DNA from: a virus
Length of the DNA: 64,000 bases
IMG/VR virus record: IMGVR_UViG_3300049740_000832
Strand: one strand, 5' to 3'
Shown here: piece by piece, positions 28,285 through 38,666 of the stretch
How positions within the stretch are numbered: position 1 is the stretch's first letter
Layout of the letters: each line of letters begins with the position of its first letter
Translations under genes and position numbers: made by a program
The notes under the pieces: generated by a model
Database searches by the model: none
What the model was told of the DNA's origin: nothing
The model's input: only the letters and a program-made list of their open reading frames with translations

Positions 28285-28653
28285 ATGAATCCCTTTGATT
28301 ATGTAAATTCGATAAACTATACAAAGAAAGATGTGATGGAAGACGAGAAGACCTATAATGGGTTTATGGTCAACCGCAGTCTTTCTTACTTTCCTGATAC
28401 TGTTGTTCTCGCAAATGAGATGAACAAATATCACCACCTAGACAACCGTCTACAATATCAATTTCTTATAAATATAGTTAGGAAACGGAAACGTTTTTCC
28501 AAATGGGTAAAACCTGAATTAGAAAATGACCTTGAGTTGGTGAAGGAATACTATGGCTATAGTAATGAAAAAGCAAGACAAGTCTTGTCACTCCTATCAC
28601 CTTCTCAATTACAAACAATAAGAGAAAAGGTGAATAAAGGTGGAAGAAAGTAA
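28285..28653 (+). CDS. gp62: Clamp loader small subunit (gp62)
   Basis: PFDYVNSIN, NRSLSYF.D, RKRKRFSKW, YYGYS.EKA. Confidence 0.93.
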   Translation: MNPFDYVNSINYTKKDVMEDEKTYNGFMVNRSLSYFPDTVVLANEMNKYHHLDNRLQYQFLINIVRKRKRFSKWVKPELENDLELVKEYYGYSNEKARQVLSLLSPSQLQTIREKVNKGGRK

Positions 28654-29050
28654 ATTAGCATCATGGAGTCCTGTGAACATGTTAGAGATTACTCTGGCAG
28701 AACCCGATGACTTCCTCAAAGTTCGTGAAACTCTGACCCGCATCGGCGTTGCATCACGCAAAGAAAATAAACTATTTCAATCATGTCATATACTCCATAA
28801 ACAAGGACGATACTATATTGTCCACTTCAAAGAATTGTTTATGCTTGATGGTAAGAAAGCAAACCTAGAACAGTCTGATGTTGAGAGACGTAATACTATC
28901 GCAACGTTATTGTCAGATTGGGGTTTAGTAGAAATTCAAAATAAAGAAGTTGCACAAGACTGTGCGCCTCTTCGTCAAATCAAGATTATTGGTTACAAAG
29001 ATAAAGACCAGTGGGAACTATGTCCAAAATACAACATTGGAAACAAATAG
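28640..29050 (+). CDS. regA: Translational repressor RegA
   Basis: DDFLKVRETLTRIG, QSCHILHKQG.YYIVHFKELF. Confidence 0.96.
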   Translation: MEESKLASWSPVNMLEITLAEPDDFLKVRETLTRIGVASRKENKLFQSCHILHKQGRYYIVHFKELFMLDGKKANLEQSDVERRNTIATLLSDWGLVEIQNKEVAQDCAPLRQIKIIGYKDKDQWELCPKYNIGNK

Positions 29051-29616
29051 ATTTTCAATCACATATTGACGAGGTTCGGAATAAAAAACATTGGTGGACA
29101 AGAGTAGATACCGAAGGATATAATTGGGAAAGACTAATGAAACTAGTCGATACCCATCCAGACGAACTCTACGACTGGAATCGTGAGAAACAACGTTTGG
29201 GTATGAACAGATTTCATCATCGAGATTCTGCACCACAGTTTGCAAAAGATATCCATAAAGATTTGGTAGATTTTCTAATTCCCAAAGCGCCTAAGAAAAA
29301 ACCACACGAATATAAAAAAGGCGCACCGCATATTACCAACATCGCATTTGTTGGTTTCGGTCAATACTCTGGGTCATATCCTCGTCACAAAGATAGTATG
29401 GATGTCTTTCTTGTTCAGGTTATCAACAACTGTAAGATTACAATCGGGTATGATGAGAAACCTACCGACAAGGATGAGGTTCGTGTTATGACGCCAGGCG
29501 ATGCAGTCTGGATACCACGAGGAACTTGGCATAAGTTAGAACCTAAAGTTTCCAGATGCACATTCTCATTTGGGTTTGAGAGTGACCCTGACTGTGACCC
29601 CGCATTCTTTGTTTAA
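29011..29616 (+). CDS. JmjC/cupin-like oxygenase
   Basis: H.D (RHKDSMDVFLVQ), PGDAVWIPRGTWH, FSFG. Confidence 0.75.
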   Translation: MGTMSKIQHWKQIDFQSHIDEVRNKKHWWTRVDTEGYNWERLMKLVDTHPDELYDWNREKQRLGMNRFHHRDSAPQFAKDIHKDLVDFLIPKAPKKKPHEYKKGAPHITNIAFVGFGQYSGSYPRHKDSMDVFLVQVINNCKITIGYDEKPTDKDEVRVMTPGDAVWIPRGTWHKLEPKVSRCTFSFGFESDPDCDPAFFV

Positions 29617-30110
29617 GAAAGAGTTATTGAATGTATTTGAAAATATCTGGGTTCTAAAACATACTTGACAACATCAACCACTGCCTGTGGTGATTGACCA
29701 ACATGGTCTTGCAATCTAGTCGCGATGTCTTGAGGTTTTATATTTACTATAGGTCGTGATGCACAATAGTCATCTTGTTCTTTTTTAGCTTTTCTATACT
29801 GTCTATACATATCATCCATCTGAAAATCCACATCAGTTAGTCTAGATGATATGTTTATTACAGTCCTGTTTTCATAATCTAACATTTTCAACATCTCAAG
29901 TTGTGAAGAGTCATACCCCGTTGGACTATGATTATATGCATTGTTGATGAATACATCATAATCTGAAAATGCAATTATCTGTCGGTGAGTATGATTAGAA
30001 ATATCATACCCATTGGTTTTTGAGAAACCTTGAACCTCGTGTTCTTTGGATAGTTCATCATATAGTGCCTGACCAATACCGTTAGTATGACCAGTGATAA
30101 CAATTTTCAT
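29613..30110 (-). CDS. Short SDR-family Rossmann protein
   Basis: ITGHTNGIG, DVFINNA, INISS, YRKAK (YxxxK). Confidence 0.75.
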   Translation of the reverse strand: MKIVITGHTNGIGQALYDELSKEHEVQGFSKTNGYDISNHTHRQIIAFSDYDVFINNAYNHSPTGYDSSQLEMLKMLDYENRTVINISSRLTDVDFQMDDMYRQYRKAKKEQDDYCASRPIVNIKPQDIATRLQDHVGQSPQAVVDVVKYVLEPRYFQIHSITLS

Positions 30111-30250
30111 TAAGGTCTTCCTTGACCACGATATGCTTTATGATTGCGTCTCTTATGTTTATTCATTGAACTGAAGATTGGTTTACGACCAATACTCGTG
30201 CCTTTTACTGTTGCTTCAATTCGAGTCGCAGTTTTTATTTTTTGTGCCAT
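30110..30250 (-). CDS. Small basic protein (…NKHKRRNHKAYRGQGRP)
   Basis: 46 aa read manually; the YRGQG motif is common in T4-like phages; TAATG-coupled to the SDR gene. Confidence 0.7.
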   Translation of the reverse strand: MAQKIKTATRIEATVKGTSIGRKPIFSSMNKHKRRNHKAYRGQGRP

Positions 30251-30302
30251 TTTTTTTCTCTCAGGGCTTGACATTCAAAATCTATACATTATATATAGTA
30301 AT

Positions 30303-30360
30303 GAGAATGCCGATAACGGGTTCTTAAACTGTCTTGCTTAACAGGAGATGAAGAGACATG
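30303..30360 (+). promoter_or_regulatory. ROSE-like RNA thermometer in the hsp20 5' UTR
   Basis: TCTTGCT-TAAC-AGGAGA pairs the SD with a bulged G; upstream hairpin GAGAATGCCG-ATAA-CGGGTTCTT. Confidence 0.7.
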
Positions 30361-30768
30361 ACCAATTTAGAAAAAACTTTATTCCCGAAATCCGCTTTCA
30401 TTGGATTTGATAGACTATTGGATGATATGCAGTTCGCTGCGTCACACGCAAACGACCACTATCCTCCACACAATATCATCAAAGAAAATGATAACGAATA
30501 TCTAATTGAACTCGCTATTGCGGGTTTCAGTAAAGATGATATCAAGATTTCACAGAAGGAGCGGTCTCTGAAAATTACAGGCACCTACCAATCAAAGGGT
30601 CGTGAAGTTATCCACCGTGGTATCTCGACTCGTAACTTTGAACGTAGATTCCGTCTGTCAGAGTATGTCCAAGTAACTGGAGCATCTTTTCAGGATGGTC
30701 TACTTGCAGTAACACTGAAGTTAGAAATCCCAGAAGAGAAGCAGCCTCGTCAAATCAATATCGATTAA
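30358..30768 (+). CDS. hsp20: Small heat-shock protein (Hsp20/IbpA family)
   Basis: IGFDRL, YPPHNI, IELAIAGF, HRGIS.RNF.R.F, DGLL. Confidence 0.95.
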   Translation: MTNLEKTLFPKSAFIGFDRLLDDMQFAASHANDHYPPHNIIKENDNEYLIELAIAGFSKDDIKISQKERSLKITGTYQSKGREVIHRGISTRNFERRFRLSEYVQVTGASFQDGLLAVTLKLEIPEEKQPRQINID

Positions 30769-30782
30769 ACGAGGAAAATAAA

Positions 30783-30866
30783 ATGACCGATATTAATCTT
30801 TTGTCAGCACTAGGTGTTGCAACTGTTGCCATGATGGCAGCAATTATTCAACCACTTATTAGTTGA
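30783..30866 (+). CDS. 27-aa hydrophobic peptide
   Basis: GAGGA RBS; MTDINLLSALGVATVAMMAAIIQPLIS. Confidence 0.5.
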   Translation: MTDINLLSALGVATVAMMAAIIQPLIS

Positions 30867-30872
30867 TATATG

Positions 30873-30897
30873 AGGGGGGACGGGTAACTGTCCCCCT
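30873..30897 (+). terminator. GC-rich hairpin after the hsp20 unit
   Basis: GGGGGACGG-GTAA-CTGTCCCCC. Confidence 0.6.
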
Positions 30898-30909
30898 AAA
30901 TATTTTATT

Positions 30910-31665
30910 ATGAAAGCATATATGATTGCCGACCTGAACAATCCAGTGTCGGTCAAATACACAGAGATTGCATTAGAGTCTTGGTCAAAACAAGATTTAC
31001 TTGACATTGAAGTCATTCAGTGTTATACACCTGATACGATTTCAGACCTTGAACCTCTTTACAACTGGAAACCTCTGCTTCATGAAATGCAGAAGGGTAA
31101 GAACAGTTCTCCATCTGAGAGAGCAGGAGATATTTCTCACTGGCAACTCATCAAGAAACGGGCAGAGAGTCGGTCAAGATTCTATGTCATGGAACACGAT
31201 TCATATCTACTTGATGCGGATGAATTCAAAAGACAATTTGACTTCACAATGGAGAATGGATTATCGTATGCGAACCACGGACTATTCATGTCCTGTTATT
31301 CATTCTCAAGACCCGCCGCTATTTTTATGAATGACTTATTGTTGAAACAGGAATTCCCTTTGAATGGTGGCCCTTACGGATGTGTAGAGAGGTTAGTCAA
31401 AACATATCTGTCAAACAATCGTGAAGACTGGGGCAGATATACATGGATGTGTCATCATCCTAATCCACCACATGTAAATGTGGGAAGAACAGCGTCTGAC
31501 CTTTACAACACATACAACAATAATGCAAAGGCCAGTCCTTTCAAACTTGCATCGACACAGGTTATATCTAAGTCAATAGGAATCACTCAAGAGCATGTTG
31601 GGGTAAAAAAAGCGCCATGGGAGAGAAACCACACCACAAGAAATGGATACAAAATTATTGATTGA
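30910..31665 (+). CDS. Putative glycosyltransferase (GT25-like)
   Basis: N-terminal MKAYMI, SHW.L and VMEHD pattern of GT25-like phage proteins. Confidence 0.5.
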   Translation: MKAYMIADLNNPVSVKYTEIALESWSKQDLLDIEVIQCYTPDTISDLEPLYNWKPLLHEMQKGKNSSPSERAGDISHWQLIKKRAESRSRFYVMEHDSYLLDADEFKRQFDFTMENGLSYANHGLFMSCYSFSRPAAIFMNDLLLKQEFPLNGGPYGCVERLVKTYLSNNREDWGRYTWMCHHPNPPHVNVGRTASDLYNTYNNNAKASPFKLASTQVISKSIGITQEHVGVKKAPWERNHTTRNGYKIID

Positions 31666-31714
31666 CAAATGTCGCGCACTCGTGTATAATGTAAATGTAT
31701 CATGAGGAAAAACT

Positions 31715-34186
31715 ATGGACTTTTACACATCTGTAGACCGTTTCGGTAACCAGTTATTCTATCGCGGATATTCTGGTGGTCAAGCGGTCAAAAAGAAAAT
31801 CCCTTTCAAACCCACACTCTTTGTGAATGGTGACACAGGTAGTGGGTGGTCTTCTCTAGAAGGCGCTTCGGTTGAACCCATCGAGTTTGACTCCATGCGA
31901 GATGCAACCGACTTCACCAAACGATATGAACACGTTGACAACTTCAAGACCTATGGTATGAACAACTTCGTATCACAGTTCATCGCACAACGATTCCCCA
32001 ACGAAATTAAATATGTCCGTGATGATATCATCGTATCGACTATTGATATTGAAGTTCAGTCAGATGAAGGTTTCCCTGAACCTGACAAAGCAGACTATCC
32101 TGTTATCTCTATCTGTATCAAATCTAGTAAGGAAGACTTCTTTCGTGTCTGGGGTCTGGGTGACTACCAAGCACCTGATGGGGTATACTTCATTCAATGC
32201 GAAGACGAGTTGGAACTCATCTCTCGTTTCATTGACTACTGGTCGCAACACGGTATGCCTGATGTGGTGACAGGTTGGAACAGTAAAGGTTTTGACCTTC
32301 CATATCTAATCAATCGCACTCGTAAAGTAATCGGTGAGGAGTCTATCAAGAAGTTCTCTCCGTGGGGTGTGGTCAATAAGAAGACTGCTCGCGCAAACAA
32401 GTTCGGTATGAAAGAAACAAATACCTATGACATCATGGGTGTCGCGCAGTTGGACTACTACAATCTATTTCAAAAGTTCACTTACAATACTCTAGGTCAA
32501 CAAGAGTCCTATCGACTTGACCACATTGCGTTTGTCGTTCTGGGTGAACGTAAACTATCCTATGAAGAGTATGGTAATCTGTATACTCTCTATAAGGAAG
32601 ACTATCAGAAGTTCATCGACTATAATATTCGAGACGTTGAACTGGTAGACAAACTGGATGAGAAGTTGGGTCTCCTTGACCTTGCGTTTACCCTTGCATA
32701 TAAAGGCGGGGTGAACTATGAAGAGGTTCTTGGAACGACTACTATCTGGGACACAATCATCTATCGGATTCTCAATCAACAGAAGATTACAGTTCCCGCA
32801 AAGGTTGAAAAACCAAAGGGCGACTATGCGGGTGGTTATGTAAAAGAACCGCAAGTCGGGTCACATGATTGGGTTACTTCCTTTGACCTCAATTCTCTAT
32901 ATCCTAATATTATTGTGCAATACAATATGTCTCCCGAAACTGTGGTGGACGGTATCACTCACACTTCGGTTGAACATATGTTGCGAGGGGTTACCGATAC
33001 AGACCCCGAATATGCACTCGCACCTTCAGGTGTCCGTTTCAGACGAGACAGAGAAGGTATCATTCCTAGTGTCATTAAACAGTATTACTCTGAACGCCGT
33101 GTCATCAAGAATCAGATGTTAGAGGCGCAACAAGAGTATGAACAAACTCCCACCAAAACACTTGCAAACAAAATCGCAACAATGGACAATCAACAGATGG
33201 CGATTAAAATCCTCATGAACAGTTTGTATGGTGCGTTGGGTAACCGATGGTTTCGTTACTTTGACCAAAGAGTTGCGGAGTCCATCACCCTTGCGGGTCA
33301 GTTGTCAATCAAGTGGGCAGAACGTGCAGTCAATAAAGAGATGAATACTCTTCTCAAGACTGATGACTCTGACTATGTGATTGCGATTGACACTGACTCG
33401 CTCTATATTAATATGAGTAAGATTGTTAATCAGTTCAACCCCAAAGACCCTGTGAAGTTTCTTGACAAGATTTGTCGTGACCACTTCGAGACTGTTCTGG
33501 AAAAGTCCTATCAGGAACTTGCAGACTACACCAACGCATACGTCAATCGTATGGAGATGGGTCGTGAGGTGATTGCAGACCGTGGTATCTGGGTTGCAAA
33601 GAAACGATACATTCTCAATGTTCATAACTCTGAGGGTGTGCAGTATGCAGAACCTAAACTCAAGATGATGGGTATCGAGGCAATCAAGTCATCTACTCCC
33701 CAAGTCGTGCGCGATAAGATGAAAGAAATGTTTCGTATATTGGTCAAGGGTTCAGAATCAGAAACACAATCTTTCATTCGCGACTTCCGAAATAAGTTCA
33801 CTGGTCTACCCGCCGAGGACATCTCATTTCCTCGTGGGGTGTCAGACATAGATAAGTGGTCTGACCGTAAGACTATTTACAAAAAGTCTACACCAATTCA
33901 TGTTCGTGGTGCATTACTATATAATCATTATACAAAACAGATGCCTCGTTATGAGACAGTCAAGAATGGTGAGAAGGTAAAGTTCATCTACTTGAAGACA
34001 CCAAACCCAATCAAGGAGAATGTCATATCCTATCCTGTCAACCTACCACGCGAACTTGCACTCGCAAAATATGTGGACTACGACAAGATGTTTGAGAAGA
34101 CTTTCCTTGACCCGCTTGAACCAATCCTTGATGCGGTTGGTTGGAGCGCAGAACCTAAAGCACAGTTGGATATGTTCTTTGCATGA
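31715..34186 (+). CDS. gp43: DNA polymerase B (gp43)
   Basis: DIE exonuclease motif, [22 protein letters not shown]; uninterrupted. TTGACA-N17-TATAAT upstream. Confidence 0.98.
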   Translation: MDFYTSVDRFGNQLFYRGYSGGQAVKKKIPFKPTLFVNGDTGSGWSSLEGASVEPIEFDSMRDATDFTKRYEHVDNFKTYGMNNFVSQFIAQRFPNEIKYVRDDIIVSTIDIEVQSDEGFPEPDKADYPVISICIKSSKEDFFRVWGLGDYQAPDGVYFIQCEDELELISRFIDYWSQHGMPDVVTGWNSKGFDLPYLINRTRKVIGEESIKKFSPWGVVNKKTARANKFGMKETNTYDIMGVAQLDYYNLFQKFTYNTLGQQESYRLDHIAFVVLGERKLSYEEYGNLYTLYKEDYQKFIDYNIRDVELVDKLDEKLGLLDLAFTLAYKGGVNYEEVLGTTTIWDTIIYRILNQQKITVPAKVEKPKGDYAGGYVKEPQVGSHDWVTSFDLNSLYPNIIVQYNMSPETVVDGITHTSVEHMLRGVTDTDPEYALAPSGVRFRRDREGIIPSVIKQYYSERRVIKNQMLEAQQEYEQTPTKTLANKIATMDNQQMAIKILMNSLYGALGNRWFRYFDQRVAESITLAGQLSIKWAERAVNKEMNTLLKTDDSDYVIAIDTDSLYINMSKIVNQFNPKDPVKFLDKICRDHFETVLEKSYQELADYTNAYVNRMEMGREVIADRGIWVAKKRYILNVHNSEGVQYAEPKLKMMGIEAIKSSTPQVVRDKMKEMFRILVKGSESETQSFIRDFRNKFTGLPAEDISFPRGVSDIDKWSDRKTIYKKSTPIHVRGALLYNHYTKQMPRYETVKNGEKVKFIYLKTPNPIKENVISYPVNLPRELALAKYVDYDKMFEKTFLDPLEPILDAVGWSAEPKAQLDMFFA

Positions 34187-34187
34187 T

Positions 34188-34649
34188 TTGAATATACATG
34201 ATGATTTTCTTGATGACTTCTGGGAGATTCGTAGAGAAGCAGAAAAGGTTCAGTATCAGACATTAAGTTCGTCAAACTTTTTGATGAATGTAAAAGAAGG
34301 GTGGACAGGACTCCGCACGCTTGATATCAAAACAAAATATCCTGAAGTCACTCGCAAGATTGAAGAGACAACGGGTAAGATAGTTGACCGACTTCACTTT
34401 TATCGTATAGACGGAAAAGAGAAAGAATGGTTACAGAGTAATCCAGATAGAGCATTAACACCACATACAGATAGGTATCCGTGGGCGGGTGTCATCTATC
34501 TCTGGGGTAATACGGGAACATACTACAACGGAGAACTCGTAGAATTTAAGAAGAATCGATTTGTCTGGTATAATGGACAAGAGTTACACATGCCCGAACT
34601 GGTTGACCAAGACCGTTGTGTGATTGTTGTATTCATGCTTGACAAATGA
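34188..34649 (+). CDS. 2OG-Fe(II) oxygenase-like protein
   Basis: IHDDFL, PHTD, AGVIYL, GT, NR.V.Y.G...H, R. TTG start inferred. Confidence 0.7.
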   Translation: MNIHDDFLDDFWEIRREAEKVQYQTLSSSNFLMNVKEGWTGLRTLDIKTKYPEVTRKIEETTGKIVDRLHFYRIDGKEKEWLQSNPDRALTPHTDRYPWAGVIYLWGNTGTYYNGELVEFKKNRFVWYNGQELHMPELVDQDRCVIVVFMLDK

Positions 34650-34673
34650 TGAAGGGTATGATATAGTTACATA

Positions 34674-35606
34674 ATGAATTATTCTTTGACAATATTCAAG
34701 AATACGTTTGACAACAAGACTCACCGTGTTCAAGAGTTCGACTCTTGGGACGGTCTTGAGTCTTTGTTATATTCGTTATCAAAACAGAAAGGTGAAAAAG
34801 GTGGAAGTAATTCTTCTCCTCTTATTAGTCCTGCTCGTTATATTTCCGATACTACGAGGTCTAATAAGAATGTTGATGTATGGGGTGGTTGGGCTGCTCT
34901 TGATGTTGACGATTTCGTGGTGGTTGGTGACCTAGAGTCTGTATTGCAAGAGAAGTTTGGTGAGTATTACTACATCTGTTATTCGACTGCATCATCCACA
35001 TTAGAACAACCAAAGTTTCGATTGGTCTTTCCGTTGACCCGTGAGGTTCATAGTAAAGACCTACCGCACTTCTGGTTTGCGATGAACAAAGAGTTTGATG
35101 AGTTGGGAGATGAACAGACCAAAGACCTGTCGCGCATGTATTATGTTCCCGCGCAGTATCCTAGTGCATACAACTTCATCTTCACCAACAAGGGTGTCAA
35201 GATTGACCCTGACATGTTGATGAACAAACACTCATATGTGGAGACACAGGGTAAGACTTTCATGGACAGACTGCCTCCTGAACTACAGAAGGCGGTAATC
35301 GAACATCGTAAAAACTCCCTAGATAATATTGACATAAACTGGACATCATATCGTGACTGTCCTTTCTTTCCTAAACGGTTGGAACAAGAGTATCGTGCAA
35401 TCACGGGAACAGGTTGGTATCACAAGATGTATCAGATTATGATTGCGATTGCTGGTAACGCAGTATCTAAAGGTTATCCAATCAGTGCGAGTCAGATATC
35501 ACAGTTATGTTCTGAGTTAGACCGTGAGACTGGTAACTGGTATGAGAACCGTCCTCTTGACAAAGAGGCAGACAGAGCATTGGAGTATATTTACAGAAAT
35601 GGTTAA
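34674..35606 (+). CDS. Archaeo-eukaryotic primase (prim-pol) family protein
   Basis: LDVDD (DxD), YSTASS...PKFRLVFPL, D....DLSRMYYVP; helical C-terminal domain. Confidence 0.7.
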   Translation: MNYSLTIFKNTFDNKTHRVQEFDSWDGLESLLYSLSKQKGEKGGSNSSPLISPARYISDTTRSNKNVDVWGGWAALDVDDFVVVGDLESVLQEKFGEYYYICYSTASSTLEQPKFRLVFPLTREVHSKDLPHFWFAMNKEFDELGDEQTKDLSRMYYVPAQYPSAYNFIFTNKGVKIDPDMLMNKHSYVETQGKTFMDRLPPELQKAVIEHRKNSLDNIDINWTSYRDCPFFPKRLEQEYRAITGTGWYHKMYQIMIAIAGNAVSKGYPISASQISQLCSELDRETGNWYENRPLDKEADRALEYIYRNG

Positions 35607-35874
35607 GAAGTTTGAAATAGTTCAGGGTAGAAAATCTGAAAAAGATAAGATACTCAAGTATAATGGCAAGGCAGTTGCATTTGAAGATGTGGCCATGATG
35701 TGTATTTTTTTCATGGGTAATGAAGATAATTTGTATCCACCATCGCGGGGTTACAAAGGTGCAGAAATGTTCAAAGATTATATCAAAGAAGTTCTAGAGA
35801 CGAGACGTATTCCAAAAGACAGTAAATATGCAATAAGAAAAAATCATGGAGTTGTTAAAGTATGCGAATACTAA
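35599..35874 (+). CDS. Hypothetical protein
   Basis: MVKKFEIVQG...; overlaps both neighbours. Confidence 0.65.
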   Translation: MVKKFEIVQGRKSEKDKILKYNGKAVAFEDVAMMCIFFMGNEDNLYPPSRGYKGAEMFKDYIKEVLETRRIPKDSKYAIRKNHGVVKVCEY

Positions 35875-36800
35875 TAACTGGTGCTGCGGGTTTCATCGCT
35901 AGTCATCTTGCAGATTCGCTTTTGGAAGATGGGTTTGATGTTGTCGGTCTGGACAACTACAATACATTCTATGACCCTGCACTCAAAAAGAATCGTGTAG
36001 AATACTTTGGACATGAAGTCTATGAGTGTGACCTCAAGGATTTTGATGACCTTGACCAAGCGTTCAATACGCTCAAACCGCATATGGTTGTCCATCTTGC
36101 CGCTCGTGCAAATGTGCGTGACTCGTTTGGTAAAGAACAAATCTATCATCAGGATAATATTGATGCAACACAAAACCTGATTGAAGTATGTAAGATGTAT
36201 AATGTTCAGAAGATTGTGTATGCATCAACCAGTTCTGTCTATGGGGGAACGCCCATACCGCCTACAGGTTGGGTAGAAGACCAAGTGACTGGTCATCAGT
36301 TGAACGCATATGCATATACCAAGTGGGTGAATGAATGTCAATTCAAAATCTCTGGTCTGAACAATGTGGGTCTTCGGTTCTTTACCGTATATGGCCCGTG
36401 GGGTAGACCAGATATGGCACTATTTCAATTCACTGATAATATCGTGAAGGGTAAACCAATTCAGGCATTCAACTATGGTGAAATGAAAAGAGACTTCACC
36501 TATGTCGGTGATATTGTCAATGGTATCAAGACGATATTGTTTGAAGATGTCCCATCCAATGAAATCTTCAACATTGGTCGAGGTAAACAAGTAGAACTGA
36601 TGCACTTTATTAAGTGTATAAGTAAAGAGTTAGGTAGGGAAGCAGACATTGAACTCGCTCCCCGTCATCCAGCGGATACGTTGGAAACTTGGAGTAACAC
36701 TGGGAAACTCCGAGAACTGGGTTACAAACCCAAAGTGAATATCGAACAAGGCGTTGAAGCATTTGTTCGTTGGTATAAAGAGTATTACGGAGTAAATTAA
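35862..36800 (+). CDS. NAD-dependent epimerase (UDP-glucuronate 4-epimerase / WcaG-like)
   Basis: TGAAGFI, YAYTK, LRFFTVYGPWGRPDMA. Confidence 0.9.
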   Translation: MRILITGAAGFIASHLADSLLEDGFDVVGLDNYNTFYDPALKKNRVEYFGHEVYECDLKDFDDLDQAFNTLKPHMVVHLAARANVRDSFGKEQIYHQDNIDATQNLIEVCKMYNVQKIVYASTSSVYGGTPIPPTGWVEDQVTGHQLNAYAYTKWVNECQFKISGLNNVGLRFFTVYGPWGRPDMALFQFTDNIVKGKPIQAFNYGEMKRDFTYVGDIVNGIKTILFEDVPSNEIFNIGRGKQVELMHFIKCISKELGREADIELAPRHPADTLETWSNTGKLRELGYKPKVNIEQGVEAFVRWYKEYYGVN

Positions 36801-37699
36801 TGAGTGAAGAAGTTAAAAAAATGCGTATGGGTGTTGTTGGACATGGGTTTGTCGGCAGTGCAGTTGATTATGCATTTACCCATGATGAAATTGAAAAGTT
36901 TTATGTTGACCCAAAACATAATACAACAATTGACCAATTGATAGATTGGAATCCACATGTAACTTTTATTTGTGCGCCGACACCAATGGCGGATAGTGGG
37001 TTCGTAGATGCATCAATTGTTGAAGATGCTGTTTTGAAATTATTGGAACATACCGAAGGTGGTGTTGTTGTAAAATCAACTATACCGCCTGATGTCGTTG
37101 ACCGAATCGTAGGGTCTGTCTTTGAAGATGATATCAAACGATTGACCTTTAATCCAGAATTCCTCACAGAGTCCAGTGCAAAAGAAGCATTTGTTCTTGC
37201 AGACTATCATATTATTGGTGGTCATCCTGACGCATGTAAAGGTCTTGCACAACTGTATGACATCTATAGTCTCTGCACAGCGAAAGAGTTTTTGTTTATG
37301 TCTGCTGCTGAGGCCTCATTTGTTAAATATGGCGTGAACTCATTCCTTGCAACGAAGGTTACTTTCTTTAATCAACTCTATGATTCAATTCAAAGATTTG
37401 GATGCAACTTCCCAACTATTGTGAATGCAATTGGTAGAGATGAACGTATCGGTGTTGGTCACACTCGCGTGCCAGGTTATGATGGCAAGCGTGGGTTTGG
37501 CGGCGCATGTTTTCCCAAAGACACAAAAGCATTTACAATGTTTGATAAAGACTTGACATTAGTTGACAAATGTGTTAGTATAAACAATGAATATCGTAAA
37601 CAGTATGAATTAGATGAACGTGAGGAATCAAACAATGTCGATTATGGACAAACTGAAGAAGAACTCGAAAATCAAGACGACAGAGGTTCTGTCGAATAG
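36800..37699 (+). CDS. ugd: UDP-glucose 6-dehydrogenase family protein (short form)
   Basis: VGHGFVG, KST, NPEFL, GFGGACFPKD. Only 299 aa, apparently lacking the usual C-terminal domain. Confidence 0.85.
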   Translation: MSEEVKKMRMGVVGHGFVGSAVDYAFTHDEIEKFYVDPKHNTTIDQLIDWNPHVTFICAPTPMADSGFVDASIVEDAVLKLLEHTEGGVVVKSTIPPDVVDRIVGSVFEDDIKRLTFNPEFLTESSAKEAFVLADYHIIGGHPDACKGLAQLYDIYSLCTAKEFLFMSAAEASFVKYGVNSFLATKVTFFNQLYDSIQRFGCNFPTIVNAIGRDERIGVGHTRVPGYDGKRGFGGACFPKDTKAFTMFDKDLTLVDKCVSINNEYRKQYELDEREESNNVDYGQTEEELENQDDRGSVE

Positions 37700-38666
37700 T
37701 AAGTTCTTCACTGAACAAGATATGGTGCCAACCAATGTTCCAATGGTGAACGTTGCGTTGAGCGGAAGTATTGACGGTGGTGTCACGCCAGGACTTACAG
37801 TCCTCGCAGGCCCAAGCAAGCACTTCAAGACCTCTTTCGCCCTGCTGATGGCGGGTGCATACCTGAAAGAGAAAGAAGATGCAGTTCTGCTCTTTTATGA
37901 TAGTGAGTTTGGTTCGCCCCAATCTTACTTCGAGCAGTTCGGGATTGACACTAGCCGAGTTCTGCATACGCCGATTGCGAATGTAGAGGAACTCAAGTTT
38001 GATTTGATTGGTCAACTTGAGGAACTGACACGAGAAGATAATGTCATCGTTGTCATCGACTCCATTGGTAACCTTGCATCTAAGAAAGAACTCGAAGATG
38101 CAATCAATGAAAAGTCGGTTGCAGATATGTCTCGTGCTAAAGCATTGAAAGGTCTGTTCCGTATGGTAACTCCCTACCTGACCATGAAGAACATTCCAAT
38201 GCTTGCCGTCAACCATACATATAAAGAGATTGGTCTCTTCCCGAAAGACATCGTAGGTGGTGGCACAGGTATCTACTATAGTGCCGATAACATTTGGATT
38301 CTTGGTCGCCAACAAGACAAACAAGGCACAGAGATTAAAGGTTACCACTTCATCATTAATGTAGAGAAGTCACGTTATGTTAAAGAGAAAAGTAAAATCC
38401 CTATCTCTGTTTCTTGGGAAGGTGGTGTCCAGCAGTTTAGTGGTCTCCTTGATGTTGCTTTGGCTGGTGGTTACGTTGTTAAGCCTTCTAATGGATGGTA
38501 TAGTGTCGCTGGTGATGAGAAGAAAGTTCGTCAGACAGAAACACTCACGAAGGAATTTTGGACTCCAATCTTCGAAGGAACAGACTTCGCAGAGTTCATC
38601 AAGTCCCAATACTCAATCGGACTCGCACAAAAAGTAGACATGGATGAGATTGTAGATGCCGAATGA
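37635..38666 (+). CDS. uvsX: RecA-like recombinase UvsX
   Basis: AGPSKHFKT, YDSEFG, DSIGNLASKKE, GGTG.YYSA. Confidence 0.96.
   Translation: MSIMDKLKKNSKIKTTEVLSNSKFFTEQDMVPTNVPMVNVALSGSIDGGVTPGLTVLAGPSKHFKTSFALLMAGAYLKEKEDAVLLFYDSEFGSPQSYFEQFGIDTSRVLHTPIANVEELKFDLIGQLEELTREDNVIVVIDSIGNLASKKELEDAINEKSVADMSRAKALKGLFRMVTPYLTMKNIPMLAVNHTYKEIGLFPKDIVGGGTGIYYSADNIWILGRQQDKQGTEIKGYHFIINVEKSRYVKEKSKIPISVSWEGGVQQFSGLLDVALAGGYVVKPSNGWYSVAGDEKKVRQTETLTKEFWTPIFEGTDFAEFIKSQYSIGLAQKVDMDEIVDAE

Noticed and set aside
30144-30341. 65-aa + strand ORF
   Set aside because: It is antisense to the YRGQG peptide gene and runs through the hsp20 promoter and ROSE element.
31715-34186. Intron or intein in gp43 (also checked by length in gp17, gp41, uvsX, thyX)
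   Set aside because: The ORFs are continuous and of normal length, with no homing-endonuclease motifs.
37575-38348. 257-aa minus-strand ORF and many other long antisense or alternative-frame ORFs
   Set aside because: They are shadows of well-supported + strand genes (uvsX, gp17, gp18, gp23 and others), with no motifs or RBS.
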